DNA from: Saprospiraceae bacterium
GTDB lineage: Bacteria > Bacteroidota > Bacteroidia > Chitinophagales > Saprospiraceae
Direction: 5' to 3'
Assembly (NCBI GenBank): GCA_965215215.1
Contig: OZ244043.1
Span: 2,610,351-2,674,350, forward strand
DNA: 64,000 nucleotides
In this document: positions 28,758 through 38,776 of the stretch, in pieces
How the letters are laid out: each line of letters begins with the position of its first letter
Numbering within the stretch: position 1 is the stretch's first letter
The notes under the pieces: model-generated
The model's input: the letters and a program-made list of their open reading frames with translations, nothing else
What the model was told of the DNA's origin: nothing
The model's database searches: none
Made by a program: the position numbers and the translations under genes

Positions 28758-30479
28758 ATGCAGATCAAAGAGAACGCCAAAGAGTACGACGCGATTATAG
28801 TCGGCTCCGGCGCCGGCGGCGGTATGGCCACCAAGGTGCTCAGCGAGGCCGGCCTCAAGGTGGCCGTGGTGGAAGCGGGACCGTTTTTCGATCCGGCCGA
28901 CTACAAGTCGATGACGCAGCTCAAGAACCCCTACGATTCACCGAACCGGGGTGCCGGCACCACGCGGGCCTTCGGTGGCTGGGACGCGGCCTACGGCGGT
29001 TGGGAGATCGACGGCGAGCCGTACACGCGTGCCGCGGGGACTAAGTTCGACTGGTTTCGCTCGCACATGCTCGGGGGGCGCACCAATCACTGGGGGCGGA
29101 TCTCGCTGCGCTTCTCGCAGCGCGACTTCAAGAAGAAGGACCACGACGGGCTCGGGGACAACTGGCCGATCGACTACGCGGACGTGAGTCCGTACTACGA
29201 CAAGGTCGATAAGCTCATCGGCGTATTCGGTACCAAAGAGGGCCTCGAACACGATCCGGATGGCTTCTTTTTGCCACCCCCGAAGCCGCGTCTGCACGAG
29301 CTGTTCTACATCGAGGGGGCGAAGAAGATGAAGGTGCCGGTCATCCCCGGTCGCCTCTCGATGCTCACCAAGCGCATCAACGAGGATCGCGGCATTTGCT
29401 TCTACTGCGGGCAGTGCAGTCGCTCGTGCTCGGTGTACGCCGATTTCTCCGCGGCGAGCTGCTTGATCTTTCCCGCGCAAAAGGGCGGCGGCCAAATCGA
29501 CCTCTACGTGGACTCGGTAGTGCGCGAGGTGCAAACCGACGCCGAGGGCAAGGCGACCGGCGTGAGCTACGTCAACAAAGAAGACAAGAAGGAGTACACG
29601 CTCAAAGGCAAAACGGTGGTACTGGCCGCCTCGGCCTGCAGCTCGGCGCGCATCCTGCTCAACTCGAAGAGCGAGCAACACCCCAACGGGCTCGGCAACA
29701 GCAGCGGCATGGTGGGACGCTACCTGCACGACTCCACCGGGGCGAGTCGCGCCGGGTTCATCCCCGGGCTCATGAACCGCGACGTCTCCTACAACGAGGA
29801 TGGGGTAGGGGGGATGCACGTGTACAGCCCCTGGTGGCTCGACAACAAGAAGCTCGACTTCCCGCGCGGCTACCACATCGAGGTGTGGGGGGGCATCGGG
29901 CAGCCGAACTACGGGTTTGGCTTTAACCCGAACGACTTCAATAAATTCTTCGGCTTGCCGACCGGCGGCTACGGCGAAGATTTGCGCAAGGACGTGAAGA
30001 AGTACTACGGCTCCGTGGTTGGCTTTGGTGGGCGCGGCGAGGCCATCGCCCTGGAGAGCAATTACTGCGAGATCGACCCGACCACCGTAGACGAGTTCGG
30101 TATCCCCGTGCTTCGTTTCAACTACGAATGGTCCGACAACGAGCGCCTGCAGGCCAAGCACATGCAGGAGACCTTCGAGGGACTCATCGAGGGCATGGGC
30201 GGGAAGGTGCTCGGTACGACGCCCGGCAAGGACCGCGACTACGGTCTCGAGGCCCCGGGGCGTATCATCCACGAAGTGGGGACCACCCGGATGGGCGACG
30301 ATCCGAAGCGTTCGGTGACCAATAAATTCAATCAGCTCCACGACGCGGACAACGTGTTCGTCGTCGACGGCGGCCCGATCGTGCAGCAGGGGGACAAGAA
30401 CTGTACGTGGACCATCCTGGCCCTCTCCTGGCGGGCCTCCGACTACATGGTCGACCAACTCAAAAAGCAAAATATCTAA
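28758..30479 (+). CDS. GMC-family FAD-dependent oxidoreductase (gluconate 2-dehydrogenase flavoprotein-like)
   Basis: YDAIIVGSGAGGGMATKVLSEAGLKVAVVEAG is an FAD-binding fold, and a GMC C-terminal region (HEVGTTRMG) follows. Start set to MQIKENAKEYD at 28758. Confidence 0.9.
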   Translation: MQIKENAKEYDAIIVGSGAGGGMATKVLSEAGLKVAVVEAGPFFDPADYKSMTQLKNPYDSPNRGAGTTRAFGGWDAAYGGWEIDGEPYTRAAGTKFDWFRSHMLGGRTNHWGRISLRFSQRDFKKKDHDGLGDNWPIDYADVSPYYDKVDKLIGVFGTKEGLEHDPDGFFLPPPKPRLHELFYIEGAKKMKVPVIPGRLSMLTKRINEDRGICFYCGQCSRSCSVYADFSAASCLIFPAQKGGGQIDLYVDSVVREVQTDAEGKATGVSYVNKEDKKEYTLKGKTVVLAASACSSARILLNSKSEQHPNGLGNSSGMVGRYLHDSTGASRAGFIPGLMNRDVSYNEDGVGGMHVYSPWWLDNKKLDFPRGYHIEVWGGIGQPNYGFGFNPNDFNKFFGLPTGGYGEDLRKDVKKYYGSVVGFGGRGEAIALESNYCEIDPTTVDEFGIPVLRFNYEWSDNERLQAKHMQETFEGLIEGMGGKVLGTTPGKDRDYGLEAPGRIIHEVGTTRMGDDPKRSVTNKFNQLHDADNVFVVDGGPIVQQGDKNCTWTILALSWRASDYMVDQLKKQNI

Positions 30480-30480
30480 G

Positions 30481-31200
30481 ATGAAGAGGAGAGAAAGCCT
30501 AAAAACATTTTTCCTCGGTGGTATAGCTGGTGGTTTGGCGCTGACCGGCTGTAACCCCCCGGGCTCGCCCGAGGCGGACACGGCCGACGAGGCGGTTGCC
30601 GAAGCGAGCCGGCAGTACTACGGTCGCACGCCCGCGGAGGAAGAGCGCGACGCCGAGCTCAAGAGTGAAACGTTTTACGATTCGCACGAGATGGCCACCA
30701 TCACCGCGCTCGCTAACCTCATCATTCCACCCAATGAGTTCGGGGACATCAAGGATGCCTCGGTGCCGGAGTTTATCGAGTTTATCTCGAAAGACATCCC
30801 GAGCTACCAACTGCCTATCCGCGGTGGTCTCATGTGGCTCAACCACGAGAGCAATACCCGGAACGGCAAGGAGTTTATCGACGCTTCGGAGGCCGAGCAG
30901 AAGCAAATCCTGGATGATATCGCCTTCTACGAGCCGGACAGCGAGGAGCCGACGCCGATGCCGATTCGCTTCTTTAGCGTCATGCGCAACCTCACGACTT
31001 GTGGCTACTTCACCTCCGCGGTCGGCATCAAGGACCTCGGTTACGTGGGCAACGCACCTAACGTCTGGGACGGCGTGCCCGAGGAGGTACTGGCCAAGCA
31101 CGGCGTCGCCTACGACCCCGAGTGGATCGCGAAGTGCGTCGATCAGTCGAAGCGCGAGGACATCGCGCAGTGGGACGATCAGGGCAACCTGATTACCTAG
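30481..31200 (+). CDS. gluconate 2-dehydrogenase subunit 3-like protein with Tat signal
   Basis: MKRRESLKTFFLGGIAGGLALTGC looks like a Tat/lipobox leader. The gene starts 2 nt after the GMC gene stop, the classic two-gene arrangement. Confidence 0.75.
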   Translation: MKRRESLKTFFLGGIAGGLALTGCNPPGSPEADTADEAVAEASRQYYGRTPAEEERDAELKSETFYDSHEMATITALANLIIPPNEFGDIKDASVPEFIEFISKDIPSYQLPIRGGLMWLNHESNTRNGKEFIDASEAEQKQILDDIAFYEPDSEEPTPMPIRFFSVMRNLTTCGYFTSAVGIKDLGYVGNAPNVWDGVPEEVLAKHGVAYDPEWIAKCVDQSKREDIAQWDDQGNLIT

Positions 31201-31323
31201 GCGGCTTACGCCGGGGGGGGTACGCCCCGGGCGTAGTCTCTCGGGATACACATCCTCGGCGCCACCCCGGTGCGTCGGGGATGTTCGTTTTGGACGGGGC
31301 ACCTTTGCCGACCAGTCGAACTT

Positions 31324-33213
<1,890 letters not shown>

Positions 33214-33717
33214 GGGCTGTGCCCGAGAGTCGAGTCGCCCGAAATAGCCAGCGTATTTCCCCCTACCTACGGAGGCTCACCGGGGGGACGCCTGGTCGAT
33301 GCCGAACGGGTAAGCGATGCGCCTTACGTTGGCGTACATCCTTGCACTCTATCGGCCATAGTTTTACGTATAAATTTTACTATAATTTCAGTACGTACTC
33401 AGTGCATCGCTTTTCTAAGAGCCTATCTAAGGACTTGCTGATCGACTGAAAATCGGTCGACCTGGAGCTCTCCGTCGTCTGAAAGCCCCGTGATAGCGCT
33501 GCTATCCCTCCGTTTTCTCCCTCGCTGAGCTCCAAATCGACTGCGATCTCGCCAGATCGTAAATCCTTTGATAGGCTCTAGTTGGATCGGCTGTGTGTAC
33601 TTAGGACACTTACTAGCGACCGACTTACGTATAGCGTATTACAAGTATATATTTAACTTTCTCCAGGAGTGTTCGTATGTTCTGTCGTAGTACCGTACGC
33701 TTTGCGTATAAACTCAT

Positions 33718-36039
33718 ATGCGACGGGTTGACCGAATATTTAGTGCTTTTTCCGGAACGGAGTTGTATACTTGCTGGTCGGAGCTGCGTCAAATCGCGCG
33801 GCTCATTTTTATATATTTCAGATCACCAAAACCTAAACTGTTACGAGTGAATACTACTACTACACTTAGAAATGGCCTAGGCAGGATACTCCTGTTCGGC
33901 GCTATGTTACTCTACTGCGGCGTCGCGGTGGCACAGTCGCGGCTCCCCTACGAGGTCGTGAACAACAGCGAATTCGCCGACGACGAGATCTACGTAGCCG
34001 TCGTCGGTGAGATCGGCGGTTTCGTCTGGGTCGACCCGACCAACGGGCAGATCAATCGGATGTCGCAAAGCGACAACACGGTTCCCGGTCCCGTCATCGA
34101 CGGTAACCGTGGTCCCGGGCTCAACGGACTTTACGCCAACTGCTTCCGGAAGCTCAGCGACATCCCGAACCGGACGATCGACGTACCGCCGATCGCGGGG
34201 TGCCGGATCTACTTCTCGTTCAAGAGTCAGCTGTATTTCTACTTCTTCGGCTACAGTGGCGATCCCCAGGGCTACACCGCCCCGAATATCGAGAACCCGA
34301 CGGATCCGAACACGGGCATCAGCTACGAGATCATCGAGCTCACCCTCAACGAGTTTGGCCTCTTTAATAACACCTCGCGGGTCGACTCTTACAATTACCC
34401 CATCGGGTTAGAAGTGACCGGTCAGAATTTCTTCAAGCGCGTCGGAGAGCTCAAAACGCACCAGGAAATCCTCGATCGTTGGGCCGCGACCGCGCCCCCT
34501 GCTTTTCGGGGCCTGTACAAACGCGATCAGCGGATCATCAAGTTCCCGACCAAAGACGATAGCTTCCCGAAGGACTATCTAGACGGCTACATCAACGCCA
34601 TTTGGAATAAGTACCGCAATCAGGAAATTTACTTCAACTCCGGTGACGCCGGTCGTTGGCGAGGTGGCGTACAGGGGGATAATTTCGTGGTCCGCCGCGA
34701 GAGCGACGGGCAGGTAGCCACCATTCCGGGCAAGCCGAGCACGCTCGAGGCCATGGAAGGTAGCGGTGTGATGGCGAGCGGGCAGCGTTGGGACCTCGTG
34801 GTTCAAGCTCAGTTCGTAGCCGCGATCACCCGTCACGCTATCGACCTCAACTCCGGCGACGGTCAGTTCCAGGACTTCGGTGACGCCTCACGGTACTACC
34901 AAACCGAGCCGTACAACTGGTACGCCAAGTTCCTGCACCAGACGGACATCAGCTTCGAGGGTCAGACCTACGCCTTCGCGTACGACGATGTATTCAACCA
35001 GTCGGCCACCATCGCTACGGGTAACCCAATTCGTGCGAAGGTTACGCTCGGTGGCTTCGCCGGTACCAACCCGCCGAACCCACCAAACCCGCCGAACCCC
35101 CCGAATCCTAACGGCGGCGACGGCGTGACGCTTTACCGAAACTGTCCTTTCGCCGGTGAATCGCAGACCATCGGAGCAGGCCGCTACACCCTCGGGCAGC
35201 TCCAAGCGCTCGGCATGGTGAACGACCAGGTGTCTTCGATCCGCGTGGCGGACGGTTACACGGCTACCCTTTACTGGGACGATAATTTCGGCGGCCGCAC
35301 GTTGGTCAAGACCGGAGACGACGCCTGCCTCGACGACGATGGTTTCAACGACAAGCTGAGCTCAATCGTAGTCACCCGCGGCGGTGGCGGTGGCGGCGGC
35401 TTCTCGACGCAAATCGAGGCGGAAAGCTTTGCGGCCTCGAATGCCGTACGAACCGAACCCTGCTCCGAGGGGGGCCTCAACGTGGGTTACCTCGAGAGTG
35501 GCTCGTGGTTGGTCTACGACGTCAACATTCCTTCCGCAGGTTCCTACAACATCGAGTACCGGGTGGCCAGCGCCATTGGGGGTGGCCGCATCCAGCTCGA
35601 GAAAGCGGGCGGCACCCGACAGTACGCGACCATCGACGTACCGAACACGGGGGGCTGGCAGACCTGGCGGACGATCTCGAATACCGCCAACCTGCCCGCA
35701 GGCCAGCAACAAATCGCGATCTACGTGCCGACCGCGGGGTACAACCTCAATTGGATCAAGATTAGCCGCGCCGGTGGAGCAGCCCTCGCGGGCCGTGACC
35801 TCACCGACGCCGCCGGGCTCTCGGTGTACCCTAACCCGGCGAGCGACGAGCTGAACGTACGGGGATTGTCGCCGCAGACCTCGGCTTACCGCGTCTTCGA
35901 CATGACGGGACGCTCCGTGCTCAACGGACAAACCTCCGGGGGGGACGCCACGCGCATCGACGTGAGCACGCTTCCTACCGGCCTCTACATCCTCGAAGAC
36001 CGGAACAGCGGCAACGCCGTCCGCTTTACGAAGGACTAG
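33718..36039 (+). CDS. secreted multidomain beta-1,3-glucanase-like protein: GH64-like + beta/gamma-crystallin-like + CBM6-like + T9SS CTD
   Basis: GH64-like strings: PYEVVNNSEF..EIYVAVVG, CRIYFSFKSQLYFYF and YEIIELTLNEFGLFNNTSRVDSYNYPIGLEV. A PPNPPNPPNPPNP linker follows. Two Greek-key-like units end in NDQVSSIRV and NDKLSSIVV. The CBM6-like part runs IEAESF...GGWQTW...YNLNWIKI. The CTD runs LSVYPNPASDELNV...GLYILE. The true start is probably GTG 33847 or ATG 33904, just before the signal peptide. Confidence 0.7.
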   Translation: MRRVDRIFSAFSGTELYTCWSELRQIARLIFIYFRSPKPKLLRVNTTTTLRNGLGRILLFGAMLLYCGVAVAQSRLPYEVVNNSEFADDEIYVAVVGEIGGFVWVDPTNGQINRMSQSDNTVPGPVIDGNRGPGLNGLYANCFRKLSDIPNRTIDVPPIAGCRIYFSFKSQLYFYFFGYSGDPQGYTAPNIENPTDPNTGISYEIIELTLNEFGLFNNTSRVDSYNYPIGLEVTGQNFFKRVGELKTHQEILDRWAATAPPAFRGLYKRDQRIIKFPTKDDSFPKDYLDGYINAIWNKYRNQEIYFNSGDAGRWRGGVQGDNFVVRRESDGQVATIPGKPSTLEAMEGSGVMASGQRWDLVVQAQFVAAITRHAIDLNSGDGQFQDFGDASRYYQTEPYNWYAKFLHQTDISFEGQTYAFAYDDVFNQSATIATGNPIRAKVTLGGFAGTNPPNPPNPPNPPNPNGGDGVTLYRNCPFAGESQTIGAGRYTLGQLQALGMVNDQVSSIRVADGYTATLYWDDNFGGRTLVKTGDDACLDDDGFNDKLSSIVVTRGGGGGGGFSTQIEAESFAASNAVRTEPCSEGGLNVGYLESGSWLVYDVNIPSAGSYNIEYRVASAIGGGRIQLEKAGGTRQYATIDVPNTGGWQTWRTISNTANLPAGQQQIAIYVPTAGYNLNWIKISRAGGAALAGRDLTDAAGLSVYPNPASDELNVRGLSPQTSAYRVFDMTGRSVLNGQTSGGDATRIDVSTLPTGLYILEDRNSGNAVRFTKD

Positions 36040-36070
36040 GACCGAACCGTAGCCTCAGGCTAAGCGCATC

Positions 36071-36130
36071 GAGCCGTAGCACCTTGCCCACCCGGATCTC
36101 CCGGGGGCACTGTGCTACGGCTCTTTTTTT
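36071..36130 (+). terminator. rho-independent terminator of the glucanase gene
   Basis: gagccgtagcac ... gtgctacggctc forms a 12-bp stem and is followed by ttttttt. Confidence 0.7.
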
Positions 36131-36145
36131 ACCCCCGGTGCCCGA

Positions 36146-36958
36146 TCAAGTACGTCGGCGCTTAGCGTTCCCGGCTAACCAAGCCTTCACCCCCCCGACC
36201 CGGTCGCGGGCTACGATCACCGGCTCACCCCGGTGCCCGATCAAGTGGGCGCGGAAGCGGGAGTTGGAGTAGGCCGTCAACTGCTCGATCGCGGAAGCTT
36301 GCGCGATGACCGCCCGGTTGAGGCGCCTGAAATGTTGGGGATCGAGATCGACCTCCAGCTGGTCGAGCGTTTCCGAAATCGGGTGTCGGGTACCGTCGGG
36401 GGCGTAAGCCCACGTGATACGGTCGATGCTCTCGAGGTACGCGACCCTGGCCACGGGGAGTGGGACCAACTTCGTCCCAACGCGGCTCAGTAAGCGTTCC
36501 CGGTACACGACGCGCTGTTCCTTCACCGCGGTGAGTAATTGCTCCAGTACTTCCGGACTGAAACCGGCGGGCGTCGCCGGTGCAGCTGTCCCGGATCGCG
36601 CGGGCAGGCTGTCGCCAAAACGATCGAGGGCCGCGTACAGCTCGGTGGCCCGAATGGGCTTGAGGAGGTAGTCGATGGAGTTAACCTTGAAGGCCCGCAG
36701 CGCGTACTGCTCGTAGGCCGTGGTGAAGATGACGGGCGCTTTGACCTCGACGCGCGAGAAGATATTCAAGCTGAGGCCGTCGGCGAGGCGGATGTCGCAG
36801 AGCAGTAGATCGGGGTTCCACCCGGGGATCGAGCGGATCGCTCCCGAAACGCTGTCCGTTGTACCGACGAGTTCCACCTCCGCGTTCGGGTAGTCCGCCA
36901 GGAGTCCTTCGAGCCGCTCGGCGGCCAGGGGTTCGTCTTCGATTATCGCGATGCGCAT
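36146..36958 (-). CDS. LytTR-family response regulator
   Basis: From MRIAIIEDEPLAAERLEGLL (receiver domain). The C-terminus is a LytTR DNA-binding domain. The start codon overlaps the kinase stop by 1 nt. The 63-aa N-extension in the track is rejected. Confidence 0.9.
   Translation of the reverse strand: MRIAIIEDEPLAAERLEGLLADYPNAEVELVGTTDSVSGAIRSIPGWNPDLLLCDIRLADGLSLNIFSRVEVKAPVIFTTAYEQYALRAFKVNSIDYLLKPIRATELYAALDRFGDSLPARSGTAAPATPAGFSPEVLEQLLTAVKEQRVVYRERLLSRVGTKLVPLPVARVAYLESIDRITWAYAPDGTRHPISETLDQLEVDLDPQHFRRLNRAVIAQASAIEQLTAYSNSRFRAHLIGHRGEPVIVARDRVGGVKAWLAGNAKRRRT
36608..36621 (-). repeat. dispersed word (GCTGTCGCCAAAAC)
   Basis: Inside the LytTR regulator gene (RFGDS). Confidence 0.7.
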
Positions 36959-38010
36959 TAGCGGTAAAGTACCGGGAGCCAAACTTCGAAGCGTTCGGTG
37001 GAGTGTTCGATCCGGATCTCCCGGCCGGCGGCGAGGCGGTAGCGCTCGCTGATGTTCCCGAGGCCGACCCCTTTGCCCTCGGCCGGTTCGAAGAGGGGGG
37101 AGACGTTGTTCGCTACGACCAGCCACTCCGGTTCCCGGCGGAGGCACACCCCGAGCGGTTTGTCCCGGGTAGCGCCGTTGTGCTTGACCGCGTTCTCGAC
37201 CAGCATCTGCAGCGCGAGGGGAACGACGTAGACGTCTTCGCCCGACTGCGGGCCGATCTCGAGTCGGAGGCGATCACCGAAGCGGGTGGTGAGCAGATTC
37301 GCGTACGCGTGCAGCATGTCGAGCTCGCGGCCGAGCGGTACGAGCGTCTCGCGGCGCACCTCGAGCACGTAGCGGTAGACCGCGCTAAGGCCCTGAATGA
37401 AGGATTCGGCCCGCTCCGCGTCACTCCGGATGAGGGCGCTGAGTACATTGAGCGAATTGAACAGAAAGTGAGGGTTGATCTGCGCGTTGAGGGCCTCGAA
37501 CTGGGCGGCGAGGTTGGCGACTTTGAGTTGCTCGGCCTGGACGAGGCTCGCCTTCCAGGTGTTGAGAAAGTAGGCGCTCTGGTAGATCGCCGTGATGAGT
37601 AACGAGATCGTGATAGACGTGATGTAACTGCTACGCGAGATCACGTCCGGAAACCTCGACGCCTCGATGCCGAGAATACCGATGACGTACACGGCGAGAC
37701 AGAGTGTGGTGATGAGCGCGACGGTAACCACGTTGGCCGCGAGCGAGATCAGGAACCCTCGCCGAGGCCGCTCCAGCCAGTCGACCTGGTGGGTCAGCCA
37801 GGAGTTGAGGTAGCCGCCATTCAACCACAGCGAAAAGCCGATCATGACGCTGATCGACATGTCGCGGAGCATTTGTCCCGGATGCGCTAAGTCGATGTTG
37901 CCACCGAGCGCGGCGATCGTCGCTGTAATCAAGATCGCGCCCACCAGTGCGGTGAGCGCGACCTTCCAGAACGCGGCGGTCTCGATGTCTCGGAATACGA
38001 GCAGCTTCAT
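36958..38010 (-). CDS. LytS-type sensor histidine kinase (His_kinase PF06580-like)
   Basis: N-terminal TM helices, then NPHFLFNSLNVLSALI and an HATPase_c domain (LVENAVKHN, GKGVGLGN). Start set to MKLLVFRD at 38010. Confidence 0.85.
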   Translation of the reverse strand: MKLLVFRDIETAAFWKVALTALVGAILITATIAALGGNIDLAHPGQMLRDMSISVMIGFSLWLNGGYLNSWLTHQVDWLERPRRGFLISLAANVVTVALITTLCLAVYVIGILGIEASRFPDVISRSSYITSITISLLITAIYQSAYFLNTWKASLVQAEQLKVANLAAQFEALNAQINPHFLFNSLNVLSALIRSDAERAESFIQGLSAVYRYVLEVRRETLVPLGRELDMLHAYANLLTTRFGDRLRLEIGPQSGEDVYVVPLALQMLVENAVKHNGATRDKPLGVCLRREPEWLVVANNVSPLFEPAEGKGVGLGNISERYRLAAGREIRIEHSTERFEVWLPVLYR

Positions 38011-38017
38011 CGGTTCG

Positions 38018-38668
38018 CTAGTTACTCGCCGTCGCCTCGGCGAGCAAGGTCTGTGCCCGCTCCGCACCCCAGGTGGGTAGCAGCTCGCGGTCGGCGTCGG
38101 CCTCCTCGGTGAAGAGCTCGATGGCGCGCTCGAGGTGCGGCCGGGCTGCGTCGGGGCCCCCGCCGAACATGCTCGGCGTGTAGTACAGGTTGCTGCCGAG
38201 CGTAGCGGAAGCCCGCGGATTGCTAGGTTCGGCCTTCACGGCGGCTTCGAGGAGGTTCGTGGCTTTCGGTCCGTAATAAGGGGACTTAATCGGACTCTCG
38301 CGAAGTAGCGCCTGGTAGTAGGTGGCGCGGAGGGTCATGACCTCCGAGTTGTTGTCGGCAGCTTCGGCTACGCCGAGGTAGGAGTCCGCTCTGTCGAGGC
38401 AGCCCTCGCAACCCGCCTCGCCGCTGGTCCAGTACTGTAGTAGGGCGAAGTGGGCAGCGTAGTAATTGGGCAGCCAGGCCTCCGGATTGGCGGCGGCGAT
38501 GCGTTCGGTGGCCGGACCGACCCGCGCCAGTATCTCCGGACTGGTGCCGGCCGCTAACGCTTCGAGTTGTGTACCGAGGGGAGCTTCCCAGCCGGCCTGC
38601 GCGAACGCGCGGTTCGCGCTGACGGTAATGAGGCTGAATGCAATGAGTAGGGGAGCGAAGAATTTCAT
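38018..38668 (-). CDS. secreted helical (TPR-like?) hypothetical protein
   Basis: Signal peptide MKFFAPLLIAFSLITVSANRAFAQ. The sequence is helix-rich, and no family was recognised. It lies between the TonB-dependent receptor and the kinase on the same strand. Confidence 0.5.
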   Translation of the reverse strand: MKFFAPLLIAFSLITVSANRAFAQAGWEAPLGTQLEALAAGTSPEILARVGPATERIAAANPEAWLPNYYAAHFALLQYWTSGEAGCEGCLDRADSYLGVAEAADNNSEVMTLRATYYQALLRESPIKSPYYGPKATNLLEAAVKAEPSNPRASATLGSNLYYTPSMFGGGPDAARPHLERAIELFTEEADADRELLPTWGAERAQTLLAEATASN

Positions 38669-38776
38669 GCTGAGGTGAATTTGTGGGTGAATGATGGATC
38701 AAATGTGGGGGGGGGGGCGAGGGATCGGCGAGCCGAAGGGACTGAACCGTAGGATTGGCTCACTGAATCGTAGTCT

